Source of the DNA: Octopus vulgaris
Taxonomy: Eukaryota
NCBI GenBank assembly: GCA_951406725.2
Contig: OX597823.1
Location: 10,292,001-10,356,000, forward strand
DNA length: 64,000 nucleotides
Direction of reading: 5' to 3'
The notes beneath the pieces were generated by a model, which searched no databases, had not been told where the DNA came from, and was given only the letters and a program-made list of their open reading frames with translations. This document shows, in pieces, positions 27,471 to 40,681 of this stretch. Made by a program: the position numbers and the translations under genes. Numbering within the stretch: the first letter of the stretch is position 1; every line of letters starts with the position of its first letter.

Positions 27471-30279
27471 AAACTGTGCGCGTGTTTGTGTGTGCGTGTG
27501 TTTGTGTCTATGTTTATGTCCCCGTAACTTAGCGATCCGGCAAAAGAGCGATAGAATAAGTAGTAGGCTTTCAATCACGTCCTGGAGTCGATCTGTTCGA
27601 CCAAAGCCCTTCAGAGCGGTGCTCCAGCAAGGCCGCAGTCAAACGACAGAAACAAATAAAAGGAAAAAAAAAAAAAGAAACATATTTGGTTTCCGAAAGT
27701 ACTCGTACAGGACAAACTATTCGTTTTTGAGGTCGACTGGCACGTCTCTAGCAAATGTGATATGGTCTCGTCAGCATACAGTCGAAGCGAATCTTGTTTA
27801 TGGAAGACCTAAGATTATTTTTAAAGAGACTGAAAAAAAAAAGTGGTAACAGTAGCAGAAATCAAATATCACGAGAACTGATTAATATCTAATATTCTCA
27901 GCAACAGCACAAAATGGTTGAAAGCAACCTATTAATTAAAGAAACATATGATAAATTTGTTCAGAAGATTAAGATTTATAAAATATTTAATGCATTCATT
28001 AAAATGGATAACGTTTAAATTGATTCTAACACGATTAAAGCTCATAACATCAAGATTATAAAACTAAATACATTTAAGGATCCATGGTAACGTTTTCTAT
28101 TTTTATGCAATCAAACGCCTGAATAAGAATTATTGTGATTTAATTGGACGGATGGGTGGAGTATGGGATAAAGAATGGGTGCTAGAGTACAATATATTAC
28201 AAGTATGAGGGATAAAGCTTAGCATATAAATGGGGGTTTGTTTCTGTTACCAAACCTATGAACATGAGGTACAAAGAAATCTGCTGTTGGATTGAAATGT
28301 AGAACATGAGCGAAGTATTATTATTATTATTTTTTTTTTTTTTTTTATTGGAGAGTGTTGTGGTTCGCTTAAAGCATTCTGTATTGTCTGTAAAGAATAA
28401 AAATTTTTGAATGGTACAACAATGCACTATAATATAGACAATGGGCTATTTACCTGTTGTAATTTAGTCATCCGTAGTCTAATCCCTGAGAAGAAAACTG
28501 AAGAGGAACAAAATAACACACTTCATGAACTGGCAACAACCAAGGACTATGATGATTTTATTTTCCGCGTGGTGAAAATTACCTATGTTGACCATAGAAA
28601 CGTATGAGTATATAGGATGAGCCGTCGTCAACATCAAAAGTGTACATGCGCTAAAATAATGATAATCATTATAAAACGCTATATTTCTTAGTTTCATTCA
28701 AAAATGATCTTAAGAATGGTACATTTTCTGAAATAACTTTTAAAGCTTGACATCGTGTTGCCCAAAAGCCAGACGCCATTCTTGTACAGTCCATTGTGAA
28801 AATGGGGTCTATAACATACTTATGCTTCGGTAAAACCATACTGGATTTCTTTGTTGTATCCTAGGAAGAGTTAGAAATAGACCCGAGAGATAAAGGAAAT
28901 AACCTTTATTAGGAAGCGAGTGTATGGTCTAAAGTGCAAGACAATTTCATGCAATAGACAGCAGCCTCAAAACTAATCACAATATGATTCGAAGAATGAA
29001 AGAACTAGTGTCAGAAAAATATAACGACCAGTCACTCGCAGTAAACTTCATGACACAATAAGGATAGATAGACCGTGCAAGCGTTACCTTTATTGATAAG
29101 TGAGGATATATGAGTCATACTCGCAAGATCACAGTATATTATCACTACTCGAATTTTTAGTACATCGTTCACTTTACAAATCTTGTGTGTTTTGCTAAGA
29201 TATTAATTTATAGCGAGGTCTCTCCCGCAACCAACATTGAAAGAAAAAGCTATAAAGGGCATCAAAGGTTCCTCTCCACATATGCACACATTTAGCGATT
29301 CACAAATTCAGTGCCTATATATCTAAATGTTAAGGAATGATAATATTAGCAATTATCAAAACTACTGACTTTCTATATAACATGTGTCCTCCTAATTAAT
29401 GTCTCCCTGAATTGTTATTTTATTTTCTAAGAGAAGTAAAATTCCCTATTGCTGTATTTTGCTTTTGAGCAAAATATCGGAGCTATGAATACATGCTGAC
29501 TGCCATCAATATTTATTATGAAATCTTCAAATATCTGCTCGCTAAAATGCCTTATTTGCTCTCAAAGACGGTCCCGTGTTATTAAAATGCATTTAGCCAT
29601 TCAGCTAGACAAAAACTACATTAATAATAGCCATCTTTCTAATATTTGAGTGATTAAACACACGATAATGAAGCCATGTGGCTTCCATGCAAATACATGA
29701 AAAGATCATCTATTCTGCATATGATAATTCAATGAATTAATATCCGCCTTATTCTTTCTTTTCATCCATAAGTCAAATATTGAAGAATGCTCATGTTTTG
29801 AATTCCTTTCGAATGTTTCCGTTTGTATATATTATCACGCTACTTTTTTTCTTCGAATGTTTGAATTATCTTTAACGTGAACCTCAAAGTAATGATCCAG
29901 AAAGCTTCAGATCCTAATACAGTATAATGGTGTTTGTGATGCCTGGAATATTAGCGGACAATTGTGAAGCAAACATCAAAACAAAAGACCAAGATAAGAA
30001 AAAAAAAACACATGACGATGTGAAAATGTGTGTTGAATCATGTACAAGACAAACAGAATTTTTTGGAAGAAATTCTTAAATGCGATTATCTTGGGACTGT
30101 AATTTAATGTACCTATAGTTACGTCAGATGTGAACGCACATAAACTTTGCGCTAATCATATTTCGAACTCTACTATCGTTTTTCTATAATTTTATTTTTT
30201 TTATTTTATGATGATCTTTTTTTATATTATTTTACAAAATTACCACCAGGAATATAAATGAACATTAATAATAATGAGT

Positions 30280-30284
30280 GGTGG

Positions 30285-30336
<52 letters not shown>

Positions 30337-30344
30337 GGTGATGG

Positions 30345-30387
<43 letters not shown>

Positions 30388-30458
30388 AATGATGATGATG
30401 ATGGTGGTGGTGGTGGTGGTGGTGGTGGTGATGATGATGATGATGATGATGATGATAA

Positions 30459-30492
<34 letters not shown>

Positions 30493-30497
30493 GGTGG

Positions 30498-30543
<46 letters not shown>

Positions 30544-30587
30544 GGTGGTGGTGGTGGTGGTGGTGGTGTTGGTGGTGGTGGTGGTGG

Positions 30588-30618
<31 letters not shown>

Positions 30619-30626
30619 AATGATGA

Positions 30627-30660
<34 letters not shown>

Positions 30661-30731
30661 GGTGGTGGTGGTGGTGGTGGTAATGAAGATGATGATAATG
30701 ATGATGATGATGGTGGTGGTGGTGGTGGTGG

Positions 30732-30786
<55 letters not shown>

Positions 30787-30857
30787 AATGATGATAATGA
30801 TGGTGGTGGTGGTGGTGGTGGTGGTGGTGGTGGTGGTGATGATGATGATGATGATGA
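30280..30857 (+). repeat. Mosaic (GAT)n/(GGT)n trinucleotide array
   Basis: Alternating GAT and GGT blocks with occasional AAT. Confidence 0.95.
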
Positions 30858-30867
30858 CAACAACAAC

Positions 30868-31335
30868 TATACCAAATCCCAGAAGGTGTTACTGAGAATG
30901 AAGATTGCAAAATCCTGTGAGATGCAATGATTCAGTGTGACCATCAGATTAGACATCGGAGATCTGACATCTTTTTTGGTGAACAGGAAAGTAAAAAAAA
31001 AACAAAACATGCCTGATAATCGACATAGCATCTTCTGGTGACAACAGGATCGAAGAGAAAGAGGAACAAAAAGTGAACAACAATGATGAATTTAAGTGAG
31101 AAATACGCAGGTTGTGGCCGATGAAGAGAGTAGACGTGATACCAGAAGCAACCGGTACAATTGGAATTATCAGCACTCAACTACCAAAATGGCTGAAAAA
31201 GATTGGTACAACTCTAAAGATAGAACACCTACGAAATTACCATTGCTTGGAATTGCAAAAGTTGTCCGTGGGGTTCTTGAAGCGTGACCAATAAAGAAGT
31301 CTGATCTTAGCCTGCTGGCTGTGGGCAGCTGACAC
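30868..31335 (+). mobile_element. R4/Dong-type LINE 3' fragment (restriction-like endonuclease)
   Basis: PEGVTENEDCKIL..MIQCDHQIRHRRSD, CLIIDIA and RLWPMKRVDVIP...GVLEA*. Confidence 0.75.
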
Positions 31336-31365
31336 CTTATAATAACGATGATGATGATGATAATA

Positions 31366-31715
31366 CCCTGGGACGGCTTGAGTGTTGATACCTATTATCT
31401 TGTTTTTAGCACTGAGCTCTGTTTTCAGTATTGATCTAACTCATCTATAGTATTCTTTCTTTATTTTTTCTTTCATTTGTGTGTGCTGTATCGTATCTAG
31501 TTCATTGATTCCTAAATATTTGGATGTCTGGCTTTGGTCCAATTCTCTTATTTCATTGGCTTTGTCTAGTGTGATCTTGCTACTGTTAACTAGTTTTCCT
31601 CTTTTCAAGGTTCTTTGGTACATTTTCAGAGCCAAATTTCATGTTTATTTCTTTGGTAAATCCATGTACTGTCTGTATTAATGTTTCCAGCTGTTTATCA
31701 TTTGTAGCGTACAGT
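31366..31715 (-). mobile_element. R4/Dong-type LINE, RT-region fragment (inverted)
   Basis: EIRELDQSQTSKYLGINE..MKEKIKKEYYR.VRSILKTELSAKNKIIGIN. Confidence 0.8.
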
Positions 31716-31719
31716 TTTA

Positions 31720-32455
31720 GGTCATAAGAAATGGAGAAACTTTCAAAATACAAAGACCTGGAAATAGATGTAACTCGAATGTGGAATCTAAAACAGAAAC
31801 AATTCCTATCATAGTGGGTGCATTAGGTATGATAAAAAAATATTCAGACAAATACATAACAAAAACACCAGGACTTACAACTATATACAACATACAGAAT
31901 ATTGCACAACTGGGCACTGCACACATCCTATGCAAGACACTTTCAGTTCAGTAACCATAAGAGCATCACAGCAAACCATAGCACGTACTCAAGGCACACA
32001 CAGCTTCGTTCGGAGTGAAGTGAAATCTTTATATATAAAAGTGAGGTTGTGTGCTGTCTGTCTCCTACGATTTAGATTCCTAACTACTCCCACATTTTGC
32101 GGTGCAGTTTAACCAAAACCGGGTATCTTATAGTCGGGATTCATATCGAGCCCTTCTGGGTATTAGCACGCGTCTACGATGAGTCTACGATTAAAAAAAA
32201 AATTTACCATCAATTTTTCCCATTTTTAATGCATTTTTGGCATATATAAGGGAAGTAACTCTCTAAAAATTTATTATTAAATATCAGAACGTAAAAAGCT
32301 ACAGTAACACCCCTCCCCTTTGTGGTTAGCCATATTGAGATGGCTATTATACTTTACATCTCTAAAAATGCTTATATAGTTATTTCCCTTACAAACCCGA
32401 GCAACGCCGGGCGATACTGCTAGTTACGTTATAAAAATAAAACTACTGAATACAA
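31720..32455 (+). mobile_element. R4/Dong-type LINE 3' end, interrupted by a Helitron
   Basis: EKLSKYKDLEIDVTRMWNLKTETIPIIVGALG...LGTAHILCKTL*. The 3' UTR resumes after 32423. Confidence 0.8.
32026..32423 (+). mobile_element. Complete non-autonomous Helitron
   Basis: A|TC...CCCGAGCAACGCCGGG hairpin...CTAG|T, inserted between A and T with no TSD. Confidence 0.85.
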
Positions 32456-32471
32456 ATAATGATAATGTTGC

Positions 32472-32930
32472 GCTACATTGTATCTCAATAAGCCTGAAAG
32501 AGCAGCACAGTATATTCACTGGGTAATCTGCAAGAATCTGGACCTACCCCACAATAAAAACTGGTGGGAGCTCAAACCGCCCCAGTGCTTGAAAATGATC
32601 TCATCTCACTCTTTTGGAATTTTAATGTTCAAGCTGGTAGAAAGATAGGTGTAAATAGGCTAGACATTATACTGGATTGCTTCAGACAAAAATCATGCTT
32701 CCTCATCGATATCACTGTCCCCATCGACATAAACGTATCTGTTAAGACTTAACAAAAACTAAGCAAGTATAAAGATCTTGTAATACAACACTACCTGTTG
32801 TAAGAGATGATAGCAAAAGGGGCTGATTGTTCTATGTCTCAGATTACAGAAAATCTAAAAATGGAAGAAATTCAAAAAATAGTGCTAGTGGGAACTGCTC
32901 ATATCCTAAGAAAAATATTGTCTACGTAGT
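32472..32930 (+). mobile_element. R4/Dong-type LINE fragment (same family as 34310-35680)
   Basis: RAAQYIHWVICKNLDLPHNKNWWE, LFWNF, CFLIDITVPID and LVGTAHILRK. Confidence 0.8.
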
Positions 32931-32959
32931 TCTGTATTTAAGAGTGAAGGAATTATGCC

Positions 32960-33271
32960 CATTATTTACATTATTTACATTTGACGGACATTTGTCCTCA
33001 TCTTGTTATTTATTAACACATTTCGGCTGATATACTCTCCAGCCTTCATCAGGTGTCTTGGGGAAATTTCGAACTTAGGTTCTCATTCCTAAGGTATTTT
33101 TCCATGTTACTAATATTATTATTATTATTATTGTTGTTGTTGTTGTTGTTGTTGTTGTCGTTGTTGTTATTGTTGTTGCTGCTGCTGTTGTTGTTCTTGT
33201 TGTTTAGGTCACTGCTTGGAATCGAACTCGGAATCTTGGGGTTAGTAGCCTGCGCTCTTAACCACTACGCC
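32960..33271 (-). mobile_element. tRNA-headed, hammerhead-tailed element (left unit of inverted pair)
   Basis: Reverse complement of 33295-33555. Its HHR (33015-33057) lacks 3 nt of stem III. Confidence 0.75.
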
Positions 33272-33294
33272 TAGTCGAGTAGCCCATCCCATAT

Positions 33295-33555
33295 GGCGTA
33301 GTGGTTAAGAGCGCGGGCTGCTAACCTCAAGATTCCGAGTTCGATTCCAAGCAGTGAACTGAACAATACTAATAATATTAATAGTAATAATAATAACATC
33401 GAAAAATACCTTAGGAATGTGAATCCTGTTTCGAAATTCCCCCAAGACACCTGATGAAGGTTGGAGGGTATATCAGCCGAAACATTGTGTCAACAACAAA
33501 CATGATGAGGACAAATATCCGTCGAATGTAAGTAAAGTAAATAATGTAAATAATG
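33295..33555 (+). mobile_element. tRNA-headed, hammerhead-tailed element (right unit of inverted pair)
   Basis: A box TGGCGTAGTGG, anticodon-like loop CTGCTAA, B box AGTTCGATTCC (33338-33348), (TAA)n linker, HHR, then an (AATGTAAAT)-type tail. Confidence 0.75.
33446..33491 (+). ncRNA. Type I minimal hammerhead ribozyme motif
   Basis: GACAC-CTGATGA-A-GGTTG gagggtatat CAGCC-GAA-ACAT-T-GTGTC. The core is canonical and stems I and II pair. Stem III is one change from the palindrome ACGT. Confidence 0.7.
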
Positions 33556-33866
33556 TACATTGTCTACGCCATTCCAAAAACATTTGAATTTGTGAACGTT
33601 AGTAAAAGTACTTTTAAATGTACCTAATTGCAACCATCTTTTGCTGCCATTTTAAGATCACACTATCATCTTATCATTAAATTACTTTCAAAACAAGCTT
33701 TTAATTTTATTATGGAGTGACAGATAATCTCTAGGAGAATACCCAGGGGAAACAAATATGCTACTTTAGTCATAATGTCGACTTCAACTTCTAACTGGTT
33801 ATCTCCTGAGACCTTTGGCTGAGACTTGGAGTCATCTTGTACAAATACAGAGCAAATGCCACACAT

Positions 33867-33923
<57 letters not shown>

Positions 33924-33929
33924 TGTATT

Positions 33930-34310
33930 CCCTGATGCAATACCAGGCTGTGGCTCTCATGGTTTCTGATGTTAATTGATTGGAAGTGTTATCATGTACA
34001 TTGTTTTGTCTTGGTATAAAAGATGGGCTACGGCAAATATTCTGCTCAATACCACAGATTTGCTTGTCAGTTGTTTGACATTAACCAGTGGCTAATGATA
34101 TGTGCATCTCTGACCACGAGAAGAAGTAGTGGGGAAGCATCATGGGCATGTGTTGAAAAGAATTCTTTTGGGTTTGGATACTTCACCTCTGGAAAAGTGT
34201 GTTTCGTTCAACATCCTTAAACAACCCATATTTAGGGACCTTTTCAGCGGGATTGACTACTCGATCTGAAGAAAATTCTAACTAGGCCCCCATCTGCTAA
34301 GTCAACTTGA
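33930..34310. repeat. Unclassified interspersed repeat (second copy ~46125-46540)
   Basis: Shared TTAATTGATTG.AAGTGTTATC...AAAGATGGGCTAC...AATATTCTGCT. Both copies abut R4/Dong fragments. Confidence 0.6.
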
Positions 34311-35680
34311 GATTTCATAGAAAGTATTTTGCGTAGGATATGAGCAGTTCCCATGAGCACTATCTTTTGAATTTCTGCCATTTTGGGGTTTCCTGGTATC
34401 TGAGTTATGTAGCAATCAGCCCCTTTTGCTATCATTCCCAGGGCACCTATGACAACAGGTATTGTTTTAGTCTTCAGGTTCCACATTTTGCTGATTTCTA
34501 TTTCAAGATTTTTATATTTGCTCAGTTTTTGGTAGGTCTTGACAGATACGTTTATATCGATTGGGACAGTTATATCAATGAGGAGGTATGTTTTTTATCT
34601 GAAGTCTTTCAATATGATGTCTTGCCTATTCGCATCTATCTTTCTGTCAGTTTGAATGGTGAAGTTCCAGAGGAGTGAGATGTGGTCATTTTCAAGCACT
34701 GGAGGTGGTTTGTGTTCCCACCAGTTTTTATCATGGGGCAAATCCAGGCTTTTGCAAATTACCCAATGAATATATTGTGCAGCTCTATCATGCCTGTTGA
34801 GATACTCTGTAGGCGCTAGAAGATTGCACTTGGAGACAACATGATCAATGGTTTCATTTTGTTGTTGACATACACGACATGTTGGGCTACTGCCGTTCTT
34901 TAATATGTTGGCCTGGTAGTTCCTTGTTGGTAGGCATTGAGCTTGGGCTGCTAAGATAAACCCTTCTGTTTCAGATTTTAAGCCAGAAGCCATTAGCCAT
35001 TGATGGGTCAGGGCTTTGTCAACATCTGCAATATTCGCTCTCTTTGGTTATTTGCCATAAAGAGGTTTTTCTTGCCATTTATCATTCAGAATATCTTAGG
35101 TCGCAGTTTTAGCACGGGTTTTCATGCGCTTAGCTTTTTCTGTGCTTGTTTCTTGTATGTCTAATTCTGAAATTTGTATTCGGAATTCACTTAGATATAC
35201 CTTTGCCTGTTTTGTTACTGAGTATGATGCTTTCTTGTTTTCATGTTTTGAGACAAGTTTTAACATCCAGTCCTCAGACCTTTTTCAGGTAGGTGTCTTG
35301 GCCAATTGTAGCAATCTTCATTGTTATTGCCAGTTGCAAAAGACCACGGCCTCCCTCTTTTCTTGGCAGATAAAGTCGTTCTGTATCTGCCTTAGGGTGG
35401 TGCATTCTATGCATTGTCAACAGTTTTCGTATTTTTCTGTCAAGATTACATATTTCAGTAATTGGCTAGTGAATGATATTGAAACTGTAAGTCACGACTC
35501 GTATGGTTAAATCATTGATCGCTTCGATCCTGTTTCTCGCATTCAGCTCTGTCTTGAGTATTGCTCTTACTCTGCGACAACATTCTCTTCTGATCCTTTC
35601 CTTCATCTCTGAATGCCTTATTCCGTCCCCTTCAATTACCCCTAGGTACTTGCAGCTCTCCGCTGGGTCTAATTCTTTAT
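34310..35680 (-). mobile_element. R4/Dong-type LINE, 5'-truncated (RT end, CCHC knuckle, RLE endonuclease)
   Basis: KYLGVIE...KTELNARNRIEAIN, LKSETEGFILAAQ, CRVC...ETIDHVVSKC, RHD, DANRQDI and IPVVIGALG. Abuts (AAT/AAC)n. Confidence 0.9.
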
Positions 35681-35700
35681 CATTATTATTATTATTGTCG

Positions 35701-35735
<35 letters not shown>

Positions 35736-35944
35736 GCTGATGATGATGCTACTGCTGTTGTTGTTAGTACTAAGTTCAAATCCCAACGAAGTCAACTTCG
35801 GATTTCATCCTTTTAGGAGTCGAGAAATGAAAGTACCAGCGAATTACTGGCGTGATGTAATCGACTAACGCTTCCCTCTAAAAGTGTTAACTATCAGCCA
35901 AAATTCGAAAATATTATTGCTCTCCTTATTCAGCTCTCATATTT

Positions 35945-36180
35945 ATGTTGCTTGCGTTTCGCTGCACCATTGAGCGCAGCTCTGCACGTCTTGGATATGT
36001 GCTGCGCTGTGTTTGTTATTTTTACTATGGTGAAAAGAACTCTATATAATATTCGCGTGGTGCCTAGCATTACTGTTTTCTGTAAGTTATGCATATTCGG
36101 AAGTCCAGTGGGTTTTGGTTATGTATGTGTTTGCATGTTTTTGATAATTCCCGAAGCACCAATTACTACATGTATTATTA
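35945..36180 (-). mobile_element. R4/Dong-type LINE, extreme 3' fragment
   Basis: IHVVIGASGIIKK motif, next to compound trinucleotide repeats (36200-36625). Confidence 0.6.
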
Positions 36181-36194
36181 TCTTTATCAACAAC

Positions 36195-36225
<31 letters not shown>

Positions 36226-36382
36226 CCACCACCACCACCACCACCACCACCACCACCACCATCACCGTCGTCATTACCACTATAATAATAATAATAATAA
36301 TAATATTTATTACTATTATTATTCACCTCCTCCTCCTCATCATCATCATCATTATTATCATAACCATCATTATTATCATCAC

Positions 36383-36415
<33 letters not shown>

Positions 36416-36424
36416 TATTATAAT

Positions 36425-36541
<117 letters not shown>

Positions 36542-36543
36542 CA

Positions 36544-36626
<83 letters not shown>

Positions 36627-37154
36627 TCATTTTTCTAATGCGTGATTTAACTGCAAAACTGAGCTAATGTTCTGTTCGTCATGAGTAGATTTTGTTTGTT
36701 TTTCTTTGTTTTTTTTTTTTGTTTTTTTTACCTCTCTAATGTATGATGAAAAAGAAAGTATTGTGTATTCCTTTTGGTTTTGGTTATATGGATTTGCCTG
36801 CCTGCATAATTTTATCATTCCCACATCACCTATTATTACAGTTACCGTTTCTGTATCCAACCGCACCCACCACCACAAACTGGATATCTCTCTTTTTACG
36901 TGTTTACATTTGAATCGCTAATCCGTTGTCTTTGTTGATGTACTGACGTCCGTCGAAGATGATATGAGGAAGCTGCAGATATTTTCCTAATGGGCTTTGG
37001 TAATGATTATCTGGTTCGATTTTCTCAAACTTTATTATCTCTTTGAATATTCATGTCTCACATATGTCACGTGTAAATTGGGACATGGAATTTCTGTGTT
37101 AACTATTATATCTCAGTTGCCATGTGCAAATTGTCATGTTCCAAAAGAACGTTG

Positions 37155-37469
37155 TGGAGGCGTAATGGCCCAGTGGTTAGGGCAGCGGACTCGCGGTCGG
37201 AGGATCGCGGTTTCGATTCCTAGACCGAGCATTGTGTGTATTTATTGAGCGAAAACACCTAAAACCTCCACGAGGCTCCGGCAGGGGAGGGGTGCACCCT
37301 GTTGTACTCTTTCGCTCCAACTTTCTCTCACTCTCTCTTCCTGTTTCTTGAGTAACGCTGCGATGGACTGGCGTCCCGTCCAGCTGGAGGGAACACATAC
37401 GCCATAAAAACCGGAAACCGGGCCCATGAACCTGGCTAGGCTTGGAAAGGACGCATAGATAAATAAAAT
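37155..37469 (+). mobile_element. SINE family C head with a V-domain-like tail
   Basis: tRNA head TGGCCCAGTGG / GGTTTCGATTCC, tail CTGCGATGGACTGGCGTCCCGTCCAG, and 11-bp TSD AAAAGAACGTT. Confidence 0.85.
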
Positions 37470-37641
37470 AAAAGAACGTTACTACGTTCCTTTATATTAT
37501 TACTGGTTGACATTTTTTCTCGTTTAATTCAGTACAGTGGTGCTGCGATACACATTTGAATGATGTAGTCAGTCTTATCAACAATATATATTTTGAATTC
37601 AGACAATTACTTTATCGTGCTTATGTGTGTGTGTGTGTGTG

Positions 37642-37673
<32 letters not shown>

Positions 37674-37674
37674 A

Positions 37675-37711
<37 letters not shown>

Positions 37712-37714
<3 letters not shown>

Positions 37715-37862
37715 TCAAAATAAGCAACAAGGATATCCAGAAGTAATGCAGTACGATCGTTTAATTTAAATTGATGTAATTGTTGCATTGTTCAATTAAA
37801 TGGAGTTGCGTGAAACGATCGTACTGCTTCCCTCTGGATATCCTTGTTGTTTATTTTGATTT
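37712..37862. repeat. Inverted repeat in a Penelope-like terminal remnant
   Basis: AAATCAAAATAAGCAACAAGGATATCCAGA..GCAGTACGATCGTTT / GAAACGATCGTACTGC..TCTGGATATCCTTGTTG. The flank matches 9510-9535 in reverse complement. Confidence 0.8.
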
Positions 37863-38182
37863 TAATCACCTTGTTTTGTAATTGTATTGATAATACCGTA
37901 CTAAATTCTGGTGCCTCAACTTAAGTACCATATTCATCTGAATCTATCTATCTATATCCATATAAGATTTTCGAAACCTTTTTTTGTCTGTACAAATATA
38001 TTCCCCTCCCAATCTCGAAAGCTGAACAGTTATTTTCCTTACCCGCAACAATAACATTAATAACGATAACCAATTACCTCCCCTCATTTCTCTACTTGTG
38101 AAGTCATTCATTCTTAAATATCATCACACGCAACATTGAAAAAATGTATTCTTAAGAAAATACATATTCCAATATGTAAAAC

Positions 38183-38213
38183 ATCATGAATAGCGATAGC
38201 GAAACCGGTCGAT
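38183..38213 (+). ncRNA. Degenerate minimal hammerhead-like motif
   Basis: ATC-ATGAATA-GC gata GC-GAA-ACCGGT-C-GAT, with palindromic stem III and GUC triplet. The core is mutated. Confidence 0.4.
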
Positions 38214-38290
38214 ATCTTAAAAATTTTATTAAAACTATTTAAAGTTTGCATATTTTCCTTTTTTAATTTCTTATATATATATATATATAT

Positions 38291-38361
<71 letters not shown>

Positions 38362-38431
38362 AATAATAAATAAAAATATTCAGAAGATGAAGATTTATGT
38401 CTAAGTATATACACATTTATATATTTGCAAG

Positions 38432-38570
38432 GGGCGCAGGCGTGGTTTTGTGGAAAAAAACCATGCTTCCCAAGCACATGATTTCGGGTTCAATCTCACT
38501 GCGTGGCACGTCAGGCCGACGAAAACTTTGTGAGCGGATATGGTCAAGTTAAATTGAAAGAAGCCCGTCA

Positions 38571-38637
<67 letters not shown>

Positions 38638-38840
38638 GTATGTTTGTGTGTCTATGATTGTGCCCGCTACCATCGCTTGACAACCGATGTTAGTGTGTTT
38701 ACGTCTCTGTAACTTATCGGTATAGCAAAAGAGACCGATAGAGTAAGGACTACGCCTACAAAGAATAAGTCCTGGATCGTTTTCTTCTATTAAAAGGCGG
38801 TGATACAGGATGGCCGCAGTGAAATGACTAGAAGAAGGTA
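38432..38840 (+). mobile_element. Diverged SINE family B
   Basis: Colinear with 26797-27245, including the internal (TA)n. Confidence 0.75.
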
Positions 38841-39046
38841 TAAAATTCCAAACCCGACAGCTGTTTCTGGGGGGTCGAAATTACGTTATTGTGATTTTCA
38901 TCGCTAGCAGATAGTGTGTGCAAAAGGTCAAAGATACGCATCCAATAGAGCATTCATATAAACGTTACGGGAAAGTTGACATCCGCCATCAGAGTGTTGC
39001 CGATCTTTTCACCTTGACACAGAGTCCGGCTTTACCGCAATGTTGT

Positions 39047-39102
<56 letters not shown>

Positions 39103-39104
39103 AC

Positions 39105-39146
<42 letters not shown>

Positions 39147-39188
39147 CACAAAATGGGACAAGAACTCAAAACATCCAGACAGATGATA

Positions 39189-39233
<45 letters not shown>

Positions 39234-39818
39234 ACGTTTTTATATATGTACACAGACATAGATATGTGTATATATGTGCGCGTGTGTGTATGCATATGTG
39301 TGTGTGCAGTGTGTGTGTGTCCTGTAGCTGGCTGATGATATTTTAGAAAAGCAATTCCTGAGAGGCCACGTTGCGGATGTCTAATTATTTATTGGGACTT
39401 AATCTTTCGATAAGAAGGAATTTCCTCTGCAGACAGTCCATAACAACAATATAAAGTTGATCAGCCTTCATTTTCCTGACTTGGTTTTTTGAAATCATTT
39501 ATGATGTAGAGATGTGCGACATTTTCTCTATTAGGATCGGGTTAGCAATTGAACTATATCTTGCCCCAAAACGGGCAAATATTTTTCAAACAGACACTGA
39601 TTTCAATAGGGTTTCTTTCTTTCCAATATCCACAGTGTCGTTTTTTTAATTACAGCAATTGGACTTCACAGATTTCTATTGAAACACACAGTTTGATTAT
39701 CAAATATCCTCTCCTATCGTAGGTGTGCGCTTATTTTCTTTGCTTTACTTTTAACTCTGAATTTCTTCAGCTTTAGCGGTTGTGCAGTTTATGAGATAAT
39801 TTAAATTGTTAAACACCT

Positions 39819-39891
<73 letters not shown>

Positions 39892-40681
39892 CGTCATCTT
39901 GTAGTGAGGTTTTGTGAAACACTTCAAGAAGTTTAATGCCATTATGTCTCAGTGGAAGAAAATTATTAATTATTATTTAATGGATTAGTTTAGAAGCATA
40001 GAACTTTGGAATATCGTCACGTCTAGCTCAAAATCTGAGATAGACAGATCTGTTTTCAGCATCATTCTAAATATTTTCAAGAATTTTATTGTATTTACAA
40101 TCTCTTTCAATTATGGTTTCTTTACTAGCAGTATGAGCTAGCAACAAGAATGTGAGTAGAATTGAATAGCCCGTTTTGAAAGAAATCAGTCATTTAATCT
40201 CGGAACTCAGGAAAGCAAATTTTAAAAAATGATAAACAATTTTTAAAAAATGATAAACAGAGAAGCTGGCAATAAAACAAACAAATATATTCTCAAGTAC
40301 AGATAATTACAATTTAATATTCCCAACCGTAAATTTGTACAACATAATCAAACGTTACGACAACAATGCGCTCTCATACAAATACGAAAATTCATTGGCA
40401 AAATCATTGGAAAGTTTAGATAAAGAAGCAGGGAAAACAGTTATTGCTTCCTGTTGCTGGAAAAACCACAAACACTGGTCCTAAATATAAAGTATCTGTC
40501 GGGGAAGAAGTCGGACTCGGGAAGTTAAGTGACAAGGGGGATTGTATCAAAAACCTGTCATTTGCCGGACAATTATGAAAGGGAAATATTTTTGGTCACC
40601 CAATAGTCACGGGAGTACTTTTCTCCTGCTGCTGAAGGAGTACGGGATTAGAGGCCTAAGCGATTAAGGAAAGTTTCCTAT

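Noticed and set aside
27680-29200. Possible decayed retroelement ORF
   Set aside because: No recognisable motif could be read in any frame, so it is left unannotated.
30227-30930. 200+ aa ORFs (poly-H, poly-S/P, poly-D/G, poly-M/V)
   Set aside because: These are translations of a (GAT)/(GGT) microsatellite open in several frames, with no domain content.
33295-33360. Functional tRNA-Ser gene
   Set aside because: It lacks an acceptor stem and the long variable arm, and the anticodon stem is mismatched. It is the head of a repeat.
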